Source: an uncultured Alphaproteobacteria bacterium
GTDB taxonomy: Bacteria; Pseudomonadota; Alphaproteobacteria; Acetobacterales; Acetobacteraceae
Direction of reading: 5' to 3'
DNA length: 64,000 nucleotides
NCBI GenBank assembly: GCA_963792345.1
Contig: CAWBVV010000003.1
Coordinates: 302,205-366,204 of the forward strand
Of this stretch, positions 40,941 to 53,791 are shown piece after piece. A program made the translations under genes and the position numbers. The notes beneath the pieces are model-generated. The model made no database searches. It saw only the letters and a program-made list of their open reading frames with translations, and was not told the origin of the DNA. How positions within the stretch are numbered: the stretch's first letter is position 1; each line of letters opens with the position of its first letter.

Positions 40941-42339
40941 GTGGACCGCGACGCGGTCTATCGCAAGATAAGCTGGCGCCTGCTGCCGTTCGTGCTGGCC
41001 TGCTACGTCATCAACTACCTGGACCGCGTCAGCATCGGCTATGCCAAGCTGCAGTTCATGCCGGAGATGCATCTGAACGAGGCGGTGTTCGGCATGATCA
41101 CCTCGGTCTTCTTCTTCGGCTACATCGCGTTCGAGGTGCCGTCGAACCTGCTGCTGATGCGCATCGGCGCTCCGGCGACGCTGACCCGGGTCATGGTGCT
41201 GTGGGGCACTGTCATCGTCTCGATGATGTTCGCCCAGAACGAATACTGGTTCTACGTGCAGCGATTCCTGCTGGGCTCGTTCGAGGCCGGCTTCTTCCCC
41301 GGCGTGCTGCTGTATCTGAGCTTCTGGTTTCCCAACCACCGGCGCGGCCGGGCGACCAGCCTGTTCCTGGTCGGGATTCCGCTGTCCGGGACTGGTCGGC
41401 GGCGCGATCTCCGGCGCGATCATGGAGGGCATGGACGGCTTGCTGGGCATCCGCGGCTGGCGCTGGCTGTTCCTGATCGACGGGCTGCCGGCGGTGCTGC
41501 TGGGCCTCGCCGCGATGTTCGTGCTGACCGACAAGCCGGCCAACGCCGGCTTCCTGTCGCGAGGCGGAAAAGCAGGTGGTCATCGAGGACATGGAGGCCG
41601 ACCGCCGCGCCCGCACCACGGCCGCGTCCACCACGGTGCGCGAGACGCTGCGCAATCCCAAGGTCTGGCTGATGGTGGTGGTGTATTTCACCATGGCGTT
41701 CCTGAACACCAACCAGATCTGGTTTCCCGACGCTGCTGCGCGAGCGTCGGCGCGAAATCGGTGACCGAGGCCGGCAACATCCTGGTCGGCGTCTGGATCT
41801 TCGCCGCGGTGTTCGTGCTGCTGGTGTGCCGCAACTCCGACCGGGTGGGGGAGCGGAAATGGCACATGCTGGTGACCGGGATGCTGGCGACCGTGGCGTA
41901 TCTGGCGTTTCCGCTGGCATCCGGCAGCCTGTGGGCGACCGGCGTTCTGGTCGCCATCGCCGCGGCCGCCGGCTACGCGGTGTTCATGGTGTTCTGGACC
42001 ATACCGCCGGTGTTCCTGGAGGCCCGGGGCGCGGCGATGGGCATCGGCATGATCAGCGCCCTGGGCCAGTTCGGCGGCCTGTCCGGTCCGGCGGTGGTCG
42101 GCTGGGCGTTCCACGAGACCGGCAGCATCTATATCGGCTTCACCATCGCCGCGGTGACGATCTTCTTCGGCACGTTGCTGGCGGTGTTCGCCATCCCGCA
42201 TACCCGGCTGCGCAACCCGGCGGCGATGGACGGACGCACCGTGAGGCCCCCGCTAGGGTCGGCGCCGCCAAAGGCCCCGGCGGTAGCCATGCGCCGCCAA
42301 GGCCCCGGCGGTAGCCATAAGGCGCCGCCAAGGCCATAG
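40941..42339 (+). CDS. MFS transporter (anion:cation symporter type), several frameshifts
   Basis: WRLLPF, NYLDRVSIGYAKL, FEVPSNLLL, EAGFFPG, GWRWLFLIDGLP. Confidence 0.9.
42262..42336. repeat. ~29-bp tandem repeat, 2.5 copies, each with an internal hairpin
   Basis: GCGCCGCCAAGGCCCCGGCGGTAGCCAT units. Confidence 0.8.
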
Positions 42340-42371
42340 TCCGCGCGCCTGGAGCGGGAAGGAAAGCCTGG

Positions 42372-43492
42372 ATGGAGTTGCCGTCGATCGTGCCGCCGCC
42401 GCATGGCGACAGCCGTGGCCGGAGGCGCCCGGCCGACGTCGCCGGCATGAACTGGATGTGGCTGGAGGAAGCCGCCCGGTTCGCGACGGAGAACGAGACG
42501 CCGTGGCCGTATGACCTGCGCCTGCACCTGGAAAGCGGCTTTTTCGAACCGCCGCCGTTCAACGAGATCCTGGGCCCGATCCGCCCGCGCGGCCCGGCCA
42601 ACGGGCTGGTGCTGCGGCGCGGCTTCAAGATCGCGTCCTGGGGCGACACGGACCAGGTCGATTTCACCTTCTCCGCCGCCAAGAGCTACCTGAGCCTGCT
42701 GGCCGGCATCGCCGTCATGGACGGGCTGATCACCGACCTGGATGAGCCGGTCGGCCGCACGGTCGATGACGGCGGCTTCGACAGCGAGCAGAACCGCGGC
42801 GTGACCTGGCGGCATCTGTTGCAGAACACCTCCGAATGGGAAGGCGAGCTGTTCGGCAAGTCCGACCTGATCGACCGCAACCGCAACCTCGGCGCTGGAA
42901 GGCAAGGGCCGCAAGGGCGATCCGCGGCCGCTGCAGGCGCCCGGCGACGCACTGGGAATACAACGACGTCCGCGTCAACCGGCTGAGCCTGGCGCTGCTG
43001 CGCCGCTTCCGCCGCCCGCTGCCGGAGGTGTTCGCCGAACGCATCATGCAGCCGATCGGCGCCTCGCGCGACTGGTCCTGGCACGGCTACCGGACCTCGT
43101 CGGTCGAGATCGACGGGCGGATGATCGAAAGCGTGTCCGGCGGCACGCACTGGGGCGGCGGCATGCTGATCCACGCCGAGGATCAGGCCCGCATCGGGCT
43201 GCTGATGCTGCGCCGGGGCGAGTGGGACGGGCGGCGGATCCTGCCGGAAAGCTGGATCGAGGAGTCGTTGCGGCCCTGCGCGCTGAACCCGGTGTATGGG
43301 CTGCTGTGGTGGCTGAACACCGACGGCGGCCGTTACAAGAGCGCGCCGGAGGACAGCTTCTTCGCCTCCGGCGCCGGCGGCAACCTGACCTGGATCGCGC
43401 CCGCGCAGGAACTGGTCGCCGTGCTGCGCTGGACCGACCCGACCGCGATGGACACGTTCATGCGTTTGATCATGCAGGCAGTGGAAGAATGA
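42372..43492 (+). CDS. Serine hydrolase (beta-lactamase-like/NylB-like), frameshifts ~42900-42950
   Basis: FSAAKS (SxxK), WEYNDVRVN, ASGAGGN. Confidence 0.88.
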
Positions 43493-44281
43493 GAACGTTC
43501 GAAACCATCACTGTCGAGCATCCGCAGGAACACACCGTCCTGGTGACGCTGAACCGGCCCGAGGTCGCCAACGCGATGAACACCCAGATGGGCCTCGATC
43601 TGCTGGACGGTGTTCGACGGGTTCTGCGCCGCGCCGAACAAGCAGCGCTGCATCGTCATCACCGGGGCCGGGGCGAAGGCGTTCTGCGCCGGCGGCGACC
43701 TGAAGCAGCGCAACGGCATGACCGACGAGCAATGGCAGGACCAGCACCTGATCTTCGAGCGGATGATCCGCGCGATGATCGGCTGCCCGGTGCCGGTCAT
43801 CGCCGCGGTGAATGGCGCGGCCTATGCCGGCGGGATGGAGATCTCGCTGTGCGCCGACTTCATCTATGCCGCCGAACATGCGCGGTTCGCGCTGACCGAG
43901 GTGACGCTGGGCATCATGCCGGGCGCCGGCGGCACGCAGAACCTGCCGCGCGCGGTCGGTGCCCGGCGGGCCAAGGAAATCCTGCTGACCGGCCGGCCGT
44001 TCACCGTGCAGCAGGCGTTCGACTGGGGCATGGTCAACCGGATCTGCAAGCCGGACACGTTGATGGCCGAGGCGCTGGAAACCGCCGCGGTGATCGCCGG
44101 CAATGCGCCGATTTCGACGCGGCAGATCAAGCAGTCGGTCAACATGGGCCTGAACACCGACCTGCAGACCGGCATGATGTTCGAGATCGAGGCCTATAAC
44201 CGCATGGTCCCGACCGAGGACCGGCGCGAGGGCATCCTGGCATTCAACGAAAAGCGCAAGCCGGTCTACAAGGGCCGCTGA
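43489..44281 (+). CDS. Enoyl-CoA hydratase/isomerase (frameshift ~43610)
   Basis: TLNRPEVANAM, AFCAGGDLK, GGMEISL, EVTLGIMPGAGGTQNLPR. Confidence 0.93.
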
Positions 44282-44311
44282 AGCCGCATGAGGGACAGAC
44301 GGGAGGAAGCA

Positions 44312-45717
44312 ATGAACGCGATCAGCGACATCCAGGCGGGCAAGGGACTGACCCGGGCGCTGGCGGAGCAGGCGCGCGGCTTGCGGCTGGCAGGACATTC
44401 CGGAGACAGTCCGGGCCTGGGCGCGGCAGTGCGTGCTGGATTATGTCGGCTGCGCGCATCGCCGGCGCGTCCGACGAACTGGTCGCCATCCTGCTGGCGG
44501 AAATGCAGGAGCAGGGCGGCAACGAGGCCGCCTCGGTGCTTGGTCATGCCGGGCCGGCTGCCGGCCGGCGTCGGCGGCGATCGTGAATGGCGCGGCATCG
44601 CATGCGCTGGACTTCGACGACGTGAACCTGGCGATGCCGGGGCATCCGTCGGTCGCGATCCTGCCGGCGCTTGCTGGCGCTGGCCGAGGAACGCGGATCG
44701 AGCGGCGCGGATGTGCTGACCGCGTTCGTCGCGGGCTATGAACTGCAGTGCCGCGATCGGCCGCACCATCGCGCCGGGCCATTACGATGGGCTGGGGTTC
44801 CACGCCACCGCCACGGTCGGCAGCTTCGGCGCCGCGGCGGCGTGCGCGCATCTGCTCGGGCTGGATGCCGAACGGTTCGCGACGGCGCTGGGGATCGCCG
44901 GCACCCAGGCGGCCGGGCTGAAGTCGATGTTCGGCACGATGTGCAAGCCGCTGCACGCGGGCAAGGCGGCCTATCACGGGCTGATGGCGGCGAAGCTGGC
45001 GGCGCGCGGCTTCACCAGCCGCACCGATGTCATCGAATGCGGGCAGGGCTTCGCCCGCACCCACAGCCCGGACTTCAATCCCGACCGGGCGCTTCGACGC
45101 GCCGCCGGGCGGGTGGTGGATCGCCAACAATTTGTTCAAGTATCACGCCTCCTGCTACATGACCCATGCCGCGATCGAAGCGGCGCGCAAGTTGCGCGAA
45201 CAGCATGGTTTCGCGCCGGACCAGGTCGAGCGGATCGACTGTGCGGCTGGAGGAATCCTGTGACCGGATCTGCAACATTCCCGCGCCGCGGACCGGGCTG
45301 GAGGCGAAGTTCTCGCTGCGCCTGACGACGGCGATGGGGCTTGGCGGGCGTCGATACCAGCCGTCTGTCCACCTACTCCGAGGAGGTCGCGGCCGATCCG
45401 GTGCTGGTCGGGTTGCGTGACAAGGTGTCGCTGGATTTCCGCACCGGCATTCCGAACACCTTCACCGAGATCGAGCTGTCGTTGCGCGACGGGTCGCGGT
45501 TCACCGCGCAGCACGACGCCGGCATTCCCGGCGACCGACGTGGCGCAGCAAGGCGGGCGGCTGGAGGCGAAATTCGCCGCCCTGGTCGATCCGGTGCTGG
45601 GCACCGACAAGACCGCCCGGCTGATCGCAGCGATCGGCCGGTTCGATGCACTGCCGGATGTGCGCGGAAATCTGCTCGGCAGTACTGTGCTCGGCCGCCA
45701 AACCAGGGGAGGAAACA
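44312..45717 (+). CDS. MmgE/PrpD family protein, many frameshifts, end approximate
   Basis: SHALDFDD, GHPS, GFHATAT, KPLHAG, FKYHASC, EAKFS across frames. Confidence 0.88.
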
Positions 45718-46461
45718 ATGCGTCTGAAGGACAAAGTCGCCATCGTCACCGGCGGCGCCCACGGCATGGGTGAGGCCGAGGCTCGCCTGTTCGCCAAGGA
45801 AGGCGCCGCTGTCGTCATCGCCGACGTGCTGAGCAAGGAAGGCGAGGCGGTCGCCGCCGAAATCAGCGCAGTCCAGGGCCGGGCGCGCTTTATCCGGACG
45901 GATGTCACGTCGGAAACCGACTGGCAGACGCTGATCGCCGAAACGATCGCCACCTACGGCCGGCTGGACATCCTGGTGAACAACGCCGGCATCAGCGGCA
46001 GTTCGGTCGGCGATCCGGACGGGCTGGAGGGCTGGCAGAAACTGCTGTCGGTCAATGCCGCCAGCGTGTTCCTCGGCACCAAGCTGGCGGCGGCGGCGAT
46101 GATCCCGAACGGGCGCGGCTCGATCGTCAATATCTCCTCCATCATGGGGTTCGTCGGCAGCGCCGACAGCCATCCGGGCTACGCGGCGTCGAAAGGCGCT
46201 GTGCGGCTCTATACCAAAGCGGCGGCGGCGAAATATGGGCCGTCCGGGATCCGGGTGAACTCGGTGCATCCCGGCTACATGCCGCCGATGCTGAACGCGA
46301 CGAATGCGGCGGGCCGGGCCTCGAAGATCGAGGCGACGCCGCTGCGCCGGCTGGGCGAACCGATCGAGGTCGCCTATGGCGTGCTGTTCCTGGCGTCCGA
46401 CGAGGCATCGTTCGTCACCGGCACGGAACTGGTCATCGACGGCGGCTATATCGCGCAATAA
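45718..46461 (+). CDS. SDR family oxidoreductase
   Basis: VTGGAHGMG, NNAG, YAASK. Confidence 0.93.
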   Translation: MRLKDKVAIVTGGAHGMGEAEARLFAKEGAAVVIADVLSKEGEAVAAEISAVQGRARFIRTDVTSETDWQTLIAETIATYGRLDILVNNAGISGSSVGDPDGLEGWQKLLSVNAASVFLGTKLAAAAMIPNGRGSIVNISSIMGFVGSADSHPGYAASKGAVRLYTKAAAAKYGPSGIRVNSVHPGYMPPMLNATNAAGRASKIEATPLRRLGEPIEVAYGVLFLASDEASFVTGTELVIDGGYIAQ

Positions 46462-46475
46462 CGGGAGTTGCTACT

Positions 46476-47365
46476 ATGGTTCAGATTCCCAGCGCCCAGA
46501 TCCCCGGCGTCTATCACCGCAGGATCGGCGACATCGTCGTCACCGCGCTGTCCGACGGCTATCTGGATGGCACGGTGGAGGTGATGCAGAACATCGCCCC
46601 GGCCGACGCGACGCAGATGCTGACGGAGCAAGTTCCGTCCCGGGCGGCGGACCTCGGTCAACTGCTACCTGGTCTATTCCGCCGGACGGCTGGCGCTGAT
46701 CGAGACCGGATCAGGCGATTACCTGCTGCCGACGGCGGGCAAGCTGCAGCAGAACCTGAAGGCGGCGGGGGTCAATCCGGCCGATATCGATTCGGTGATC
46801 CTGACCCACATGCATCCGGATCATTCCGCCGGGCTGACGGACCCGAAGACCGGCGAGAAGTTCTTCCCCAACGCCGAACTGGTCGTGCACCAGAACGAAC
46901 CGCGGCACTGGCAGGACGACGGCGCCATGAGCCGCGCCGATGAACGCGCGCGGAAGATGTATTTCCAGTGCGCGCGGGAGCAGATGGCGCCGTACCACAA
47001 CCAGATGCGGACCTTCGATGGTGCGGTCGAGGTGTTTCCCGGCGTGACGTCGGTGCCGCTGCACGGCCATACGCCGGGTCATTCCGGCTACATGATCGCC
47101 TCCGGCGGACAAGTCGTTGCTGATCTGGGGCGATATCATCCATGTGCCGGAGGTCCAGGTGCCGCGTCCGGAGGTCACGATGGTGTTCGACACCGACCCG
47201 CACCAGGCCGCGGCGACCCGCAAGCGGACGTTCGACATGGTGGCGACCGACCGGCAGTTGATCGCCGGGATGCATGTGCATTTCCCTGGTTTCGCGCATC
47301 TGGTGAAGCAGGGCGATGGCTACCTGATGCTGCCGGAGCCATGGGATCAGGCGTTCGGCGGGTGA
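46476..47365 (+). CDS. MBL-fold metallo-hydrolase (methyl parathion hydrolase-like), frameshifted
   Basis: THMHPDH, GHTPGH, WGDIIH, GMHVHFPG. Confidence 0.9.
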
Positions 47366-48031
47366 CATTTGGCCTGCTGCTCGCCTCGGCCTTGTCCGGC
47401 GCCGCCTACACGCTTGGCGCCGGGCCCGGCGTTCCTGGCGCTGCTGGGGATTGGTGCCAGCCGGGGCCGGCGGGCAGGCGGCGCTGTTCCTGTGCGGGCA
47501 TTTCGTTGGTGACGTGCTGTGGGCCTCGCTGTCGCTGACCGCGGTCATCGGCGCGCGGACCATCGGCACGCTGTTCTTCGATGTGCTCGGACTGGTCTGC
47601 GGCGCGTATCTGTGCTGGCTGGGCTTCCGGTCCGCCACCGCGCGCCGGGGAGCTGACGGGACGGTGACGACCGAACCCGGCGGCCGTTGCTGCGCGGGCT
47701 GGCGTTCGGCGTTGTCGAACCCGAAGGCCTATCCGGTGGCGGTGGCGATGTTCACCGCGCTGCTGGCCGGTATGCCAGCGCGCTGGACTGGAGCGCGTTC
47801 GCTCCGCTGCTGGCCGCGGCCTGCGTCGGGTTCGTCGCCGCGGATGCGTGCTGGTCACGGTCATCGGGGCGGGTGGTGCGGCGGTTCTACCGCCGCGCAC
47901 GCGCTGTGGGTGACGCGGCGGGTGCTGTTCCGGGATTTGGAGTGCACGTGATTCCACGGCGGTCCGGGATCTGGCAGGCGATCGGTGACGCGTCGTGCCA
48001 AAACCTGGCGGCGATCGGCGGCAGGGTCTGA
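47362..48031 (+). CDS. LysE family translocator, frameshifted
   Basis: PGP motif near N-terminus, GAYLCWLG, LSNPKAY. Confidence 0.8.
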
Positions 48032-48047
48032 TCACGGACCCGTCTAA

Positions 48048-49010
48048 TCAGCCTCCGACAGCCCCCTGCGCCTCCACATACAGCGCATAGACCGACTGGC
48101 TTGCGGCCATGAACAGCCGGTTGCGCTTCTGCCCGCCGAAGCAGACATTGGCGCAGCGTTCCGGCAGCAGGATGCGCCCGATCAGCGTGCCGTCCGGCGC
48201 GAACACCGCGACGCCGTCCTGCGCCTTCGCCGCCGGAGAAGCCGCACCAGACATTGCCCTCGGTATCGCAGCGGATCCCGTCGGCCCAGCCGTCGCCGTC
48301 GAAGAACACCCGGCCGTCCACCGCGCGGGTGCCGTTGTCGACGATGTCGTAGACCCAGGTGCTCTTCGGCCGGTCGCCCGGCGTATCGACCACATAAAGC
48401 CGCGTTTCATCGGGCGAGAAGCACAGGCCGTTCGGCCGAGCCATGTCGCCGACCGCAATGGTCATGGATCGCGGTGCGCGGGTCGTAGCGATAGACCCGG
48501 AACGGATGCTCCTGCGGCGCCGTGTGCCCGAGGTAGTTGCCGCGCGTTCCCGCGCCGTTGTCGCTGAACCAGATCGTGCCGTCGGATTTCACCACGACGT
48601 CGTTCGGCCCGGTCAGCTTCTTGCCCTCCCACTGATCGGCCAGCACGACGACCGTGCCGTCGTACTCGGTGCGGGTCAGGCGCTGGGTGTCGTGCTCGCA
48701 GGTGATCAGCCGGCCCTGGCGGTCGCGCGTATTGCCGTTGGCATAATGCGACGGGTTGCGAAACACGCTGATCCCGCCGGTGGTTTCGTCCCAGCGCAGG
48801 ATCCGGTCGTTGGGAATGTCGGAGAACAGCAGATAGCGGCCGTCGCCGAACCAGACCGGGCCTTCGGTGAAGTCGAAGCCGGTGGCGATCCGGCGGATGC
48901 CGGCGTTGCCGATGAAGATCTTCTGGAACCTGGGGTCCAGCACGACGACGTCCGGATCGGGATAGCGGGTCGGCGCGGGCGATGTCCCAGCGTGATGCGG
49001 ATGCCGGCAT
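48048..49010 (-). CDS. SMP-30/gluconolactonase family, frameshifted
   Basis: TEGPVW, FSDIPN, PNDVVV, PNGLCFSPDE, DGIRCD. Confidence 0.92.
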
Positions 49011-49112
49011 CGGCGTTTCCTCCCCTGACATGCGGGGTGCGCAAGTCCCCGTTAAAGCCGACAGCTTTAATCCGCGACCGAGTTCGCTGCGAGCAAGGTC
49101 GCTGGCCGGTGT

Positions 49113-49261
49113 TCAGTCGCGGTCGGATAGAGTCTTCGGATACGATGATCTGGTCCGGCGGCCCCGGCGGTGATCGGGACGGCCCTTCTTGCCGCAGGCC
49201 GCCAGCAGCCGAGCCCATCGCGCACGCGCCAGCACCAGGGCTCAGGCAACACCGTTCTCAT
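49113..49261 (-). CDS. Small lipoprotein downstream of argH (LptM/YifL-like), frameshifted
   Basis: Lipobox LAACGKKG then PPGPPDQI; start overlaps the argH end. Confidence 0.6.
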
Positions 49262-50690
49262 GCCAACACGCGCCAGCCAGCCGTTCGCCGCCTGCTCGCG
49301 CGACGTTCGCCGGCGCCGTGCCGCCGTAGCTGGTCCGCGAAGCCGACCGAGGCCTCCACCGTCAGCACCGAGAACACGTCTTCGGTGATTCCCGGCTCCA
49401 CCGACTGCATCTCCGCCAGCGACAGGTCGGCCAGATCGACACCGCGTGCCTCCGCCATCGCCACCAGCCGTCCGGTCACGTGATGCGCGCTGCGGAACGG
49501 CAGCCGCAGCACCCGCACCAGCCAGTCCGCCAGGTCGGTCGCGGTGGCGAAGCCGGAGCCCGCGAAGGACCGCATCCGCGCCACGTCCGGCGCCATGTCG
49601 CGCACCATCCCGGCGGTCGCGGCCAGCGACAAAGCCCAGGCCTCGGCGGCGTCGAACACCGGCTCCTTGTCCTCCTGCATGTCCTTCGCGTAGGCCAGCG
49701 GCAGGCCCTTCATCACCGTCAGCAGCGCCACCAGCGCGCCGGTCACCCGCCCGGTCTTCGCCCGCACCAGTTCCGCCGCATCCGGATTGCGCTTCTGCGG
49801 CATGATGGACGAGCCGGTGGTGAACGCGTCCGACAGCCGGATGAAGCGATACGGCGCGCTGCACCAGATCACGATCTCCTCGGCCAGGCGCGACAGATGC
49901 ATCGCCGAGATCGCCGCCGCCGACAGGAACTCCAGCGCGAAATCGCGGTCCGACACGGCGTCCAGGCGAGTTCGCCGTCGGCCGGTCGAAGCCCAGGGCC
50001 GCCGCGGTCATCTGCCGGTCGATCGGAAACGACGTCCCGGCCAGCGCGGCCGACCCCAGCGGACAGGCGTTCAGCCGCCGCCGGCAGTCGGCCAGCCGGC
50101 CGCGGTCGCGGTCCAGCATCTCCACATAGGCCAGCATGTGATGCCCGAACGTCACCGGCTGGGCGGTCTGCAGATGGGTGAAGCCCGGCATCGGATCGCC
50201 GGCATGCTCCGCCGCCCGCTGCGCCAGCGCCAGCATCACGTCGGCGATCTGCGCCGACAGCCCGTCGATCGCATCGCGCACCCACAGCCGGAAATCCGTC
50301 GCCACCTGGTCGTTGCGGCTGCGCGCGGTATGCAGCCGCTTGCCGGCCTCGCCGATGCGGTCGGTCAGCCGCGCCTCGATGTTCATGTGGATGTCTTCCA
50401 GCGCGACATCGAAGGCGAAGCGGCCGGCCTCGATTTCGCCGGCGATCGCCTCTAGACCGGCGGCGATGGCGTGCTCATCTTCCGGCGACAGCAGCCCGAT
50501 CTTCGCCAGCATCGCCGCATGGGCGCGGGAGCCGCGGATGTCCTGCCGCCACAGCTTGCGGTCGAACCCGATGGAGGCGTTGATGTCCTGCATGATCACC
50601 GAGGGCCCGCCGGCGAAGCGTCCGCCCCATTGCATGTTGGCCGGCTCGTTCGGCGATCCGGATTCGGGGGCGGTCAGGCGTGTCGGTCAC
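49258..50690 (-). CDS. argH: Argininosuccinate lyase, frameshifted
   Basis: [41 protein letters not shown]. Confidence 0.97.
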
Positions 50691-50708
50691 AGGGAAGGTT
50701 CCAGCTCG

Positions 50709-51264
50709 ATGATGATCCGCCGCAGTCGACGTTGCGGTTCTGGCGGCAGCGGCCGGCACCCTAGCCGCCACCGTCCGGCCGCGCAAACCACATGGCCGAG
50801 ACGCTGCCGCCGCTGGCCGAGGGGCTGGAGTCGACCCGCCGCAGGATCCGCCGGACGGCGTGTTCGTCACCGCAGGACGGAGCGACGCATCACCTGTCCG
50901 AGTTCAAGGGCCGCGGGATGGTGGTGAACATGTGGGCGACCTGGTGCGCGCCTTGCGTCGCCGAGATGCCGTCGCTGGAGGCGCTGTCGAAGGCGCTGGC
51001 GCCGCAGGACATCGCCGTGCTGCCGCTGTCGTCCGACCGCGGCGGGGCCGAGCGGTTGCAGGCCTGGTATCAGGCGCACGGCATCACCGCGCTGCCGGTG
51101 CTGCTGGACCCGAAGGGCGCGATGGCCGGGCGTTCAACGCCCGCGGCATCCCGACCACGGTCATCATCAACACCGCCGGGCAGGTTGTCGCCAGGCTGGA
51201 GGGCGCGGCCGACTGGGCATCCGCGGATGCGCAAGGCCTGATCCTGCGGCTTACGACGGGATAG
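50709..51264 (+). CDS. tlpA: TlpA-family thioredoxin-like disulfide reductase, frameshifted
   Basis: VVNMWATWCAPCVAEMPSL, GIPTT; divergent from argH. Confidence 0.88.
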
Positions 51265-51404
51265 GGGCTGAACCGGCCGGTGCGTCCTCAGGCAATCTGG
51301 AACCGGTCGAGGATCGCCTTGTGTCGAATTTGCGGTCCCGCCGGTGCGCCGCTGGCACTCGGCGGCTATTGTGTCTTTCGCACAGGTCAGGAAGTGGATG
51401 GGAT

Positions 51405-52202
51405 ATGGGACTGATCCATCATGTGGTGAGTGGCGAAGGCGGTCCCCCGATCGTTTTCGTGCACGGGTTTGGCTGCGCCCACGCGGACTGGGACACGCAG
51501 GTGGCGCATCTGTCGCCGCGCTACCGCACCGTTGCCGTTGATCTGCGTGGACACGGCGCGAGCCCGGGGACGGCGGCGGAGTGCTCGATCGAACGTTATG
51601 GCGCCGATGTAGCCGAGGTCATGCGCGCACTGGCCCTGCCGCCCTCGGTCCTGGTCGGCCACAGCATGGGATGCCGGGTGGTGACCGAGGCCGCCTTGCA
51701 GGCGCCCGGACATACCGCCGGGGTCATCCTGGTGGACGGCAGCCAATTCGCCCCGGCCATGGAGGCGGTGCTGCGACAGCGGTTCGCGGCTCCGGACGGC
51801 TACAGGGCGATGGTGAAGGCGCTGTTCGCCGATATGTTCACCGCCAAGAGCGACCGCGCGGCCGTCGCCGAGGTGACCTCGCGGGCGGAACGCCTGCCGC
51901 CGGCGATCGGGGAAAAGATGCTCCTGGACATGCAGCGCTACGACGTCGGGCGCCTCGGTGCTGCCCTGGCGGGATTGCGGGTGCCGGTGATGGTGCTGCA
52001 AACGACCTATAGCAATGAGAGGCGAGAGCGGCTTGCGCTGCGGCAAGGCCAGACGACACCCTATCTGGACATGGTCCTCGGCAATATTCCGTCCGCCAGG
52101 ATCGAGATCATCCCCGACACCGGGCATTTCCCGCAGCTTGACGAAAGCGCGCGGACGAACGCGTTGATCGACAGCTTCCTGGCTGATTTACCGGGGCATT
52201 GA
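51405..52202 (+). CDS. Alpha/beta hydrolase
   Basis: FVHGFG, DLRGHG, GHSMG, GHFPQ. Confidence 0.92.
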   Translation: MGLIHHVVSGEGGPPIVFVHGFGCAHADWDTQVAHLSPRYRTVAVDLRGHGASPGTAAECSIERYGADVAEVMRALALPPSVLVGHSMGCRVVTEAALQAPGHTAGVILVDGSQFAPAMEAVLRQRFAAPDGYRAMVKALFADMFTAKSDRAAVAEVTSRAERLPPAIGEKMLLDMQRYDVGRLGAALAGLRVPVMVLQTTYSNERRERLALRQGQTTPYLDMVLGNIPSARIEIIPDTGHFPQLDESARTNALIDSFLADLPGH

Positions 52203-52333
52203 GTGGGGGGCGATGGCATGGCCGCGGCATGCACATCCCGATGTAGCGGGCGCGGCGCGCTGGCGCGTCCCCTGGGCGGCGAGCGCGTATGTGGCTATAT
52301 GACGAGAAGAATTCAGCCGAGGAGGCCCGTTCC

Positions 52334-53791
52334 ATGATCCGTCAGCCGGCACCCGAAGCCCGACGTGATGGCCCGCCGCGACAGCATTGTCGCCGGCCTG
52401 CGCGCGCTGCTGCCCGAAAGCGGGCTGATCGCCGAACCGCTGCGCCTGAAGCCCTATGAGACCGATGGGCTGTCCGCCTACCGGCAGGTGCCGCTGGCGG
52501 TGGCGCTGCCGGAGACGACGGAGCAGGTGGCCGCCGTCCTGCGCTACTGCCACCGGAACGGCGTGCGCGTGGTCCCACGCGGCGCCGGCACATCCTTGTC
52601 GGGCGGCGCGTTGCCGATGGCGGACGCGGTCGTCGTCGGCATGATGCGGATGAACCAGATCCTCGACATCGACTATCCCGACCGCTGCGCCGTCGTGCAG
52701 GCCGGCGTGACCAATATCGGCATCACCAACGCGGTGTCCGCCGACGGCTTCTTCTATGCGCCGGACCCGTCCAGCCAGCTTGCCTGCATGATCGGCGGCA
52801 ACGTCAACATGAACTCCGGCGGCGCGCATTGCCTGAAATACGGCGTTACCGCCAACAATCTGCTGGGGCTGAAGATCGTCACCATCGATGGTGAAATCAT
52901 CGACATCGGCGGCGCGCATCTCGATGCCGCCGGCTATGACTGGCTGGGCCTGCTGACCGGCAGCGAGGGCATGCTCGCGGTCGTCACCGAAGTCACCGTG
53001 CGCATCCTGCGCGGTCCGGAAGGCGCCCGTGCCATGCTGGCCGCGTTCAACGTCGAACGAGATCGCCGGCGCCTGCGTCGATGCGATCATCTCGTCCGGG
53101 CATCATCCCGGTGGCGCTGGAGTTCATGGACCGGCCGGCGATCCATGCCTGCGAGGCGTTCGCCCATGCCGGCTACCCGCTCGATGCCGAGGCGATGCTG
53201 ATCATCGAGGTCGAAGGCAGCGTCGAGGAACAGGACCGGCTGCTGGGCCAGCTTGTCGGCGATCTGCGACAAGTTCGACCCGATCAGCCTGAGGGTCTCG
53301 CAGTCGGCGGAGGAATCGCTGGCGATCTGGAAGGGGCGCAAGGGTGCGTTCGGTGCGGTCGGCCGGATCAGCCCGGATTATCTGTGCATGGACGGCACGA
53401 TCCCGACCAGCCAGTTGCCGCTGGTGCTGCGCCGCATCCAGGAGATGTCGGACAGCTACGGGCTGAAGGTGGCCAACATCTTCCACGCCGGCGACGGCAA
53501 CCTGCATCCGCTGATCATGTTCGACGCCAACGACCCGGCCAGCTTCCACACCGCCGAAGTGTTCGGCGCGGACATCCTGAAACTTTGCGTCGAGGTGGGC
53601 GGCTGCCTGACCGGCGAACACGGCGTCGGCGTCGAAAAGCGCGACCTGATGCCGGTGCAGTTCCATGCCCATGAGCTGCAGCAGCAGCGTGACCTGAAAT
53701 CGGCCTTCGACCCGGACTGGCTGCTGAACCCGAGCAAGGTGTTCCCGTTGCTGGAGCCTGAGCTGCCGCGACGTTGCCGCAGGCTGCATGA
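52334..53791 (+). CDS. glcD: Glycolate oxidase subunit D, frameshifted
   Basis: PRGAGTSLSGG, APDPSS, HCLKYG, HAGDGNLHP, GEHGVGVEK. Confidence 0.95.
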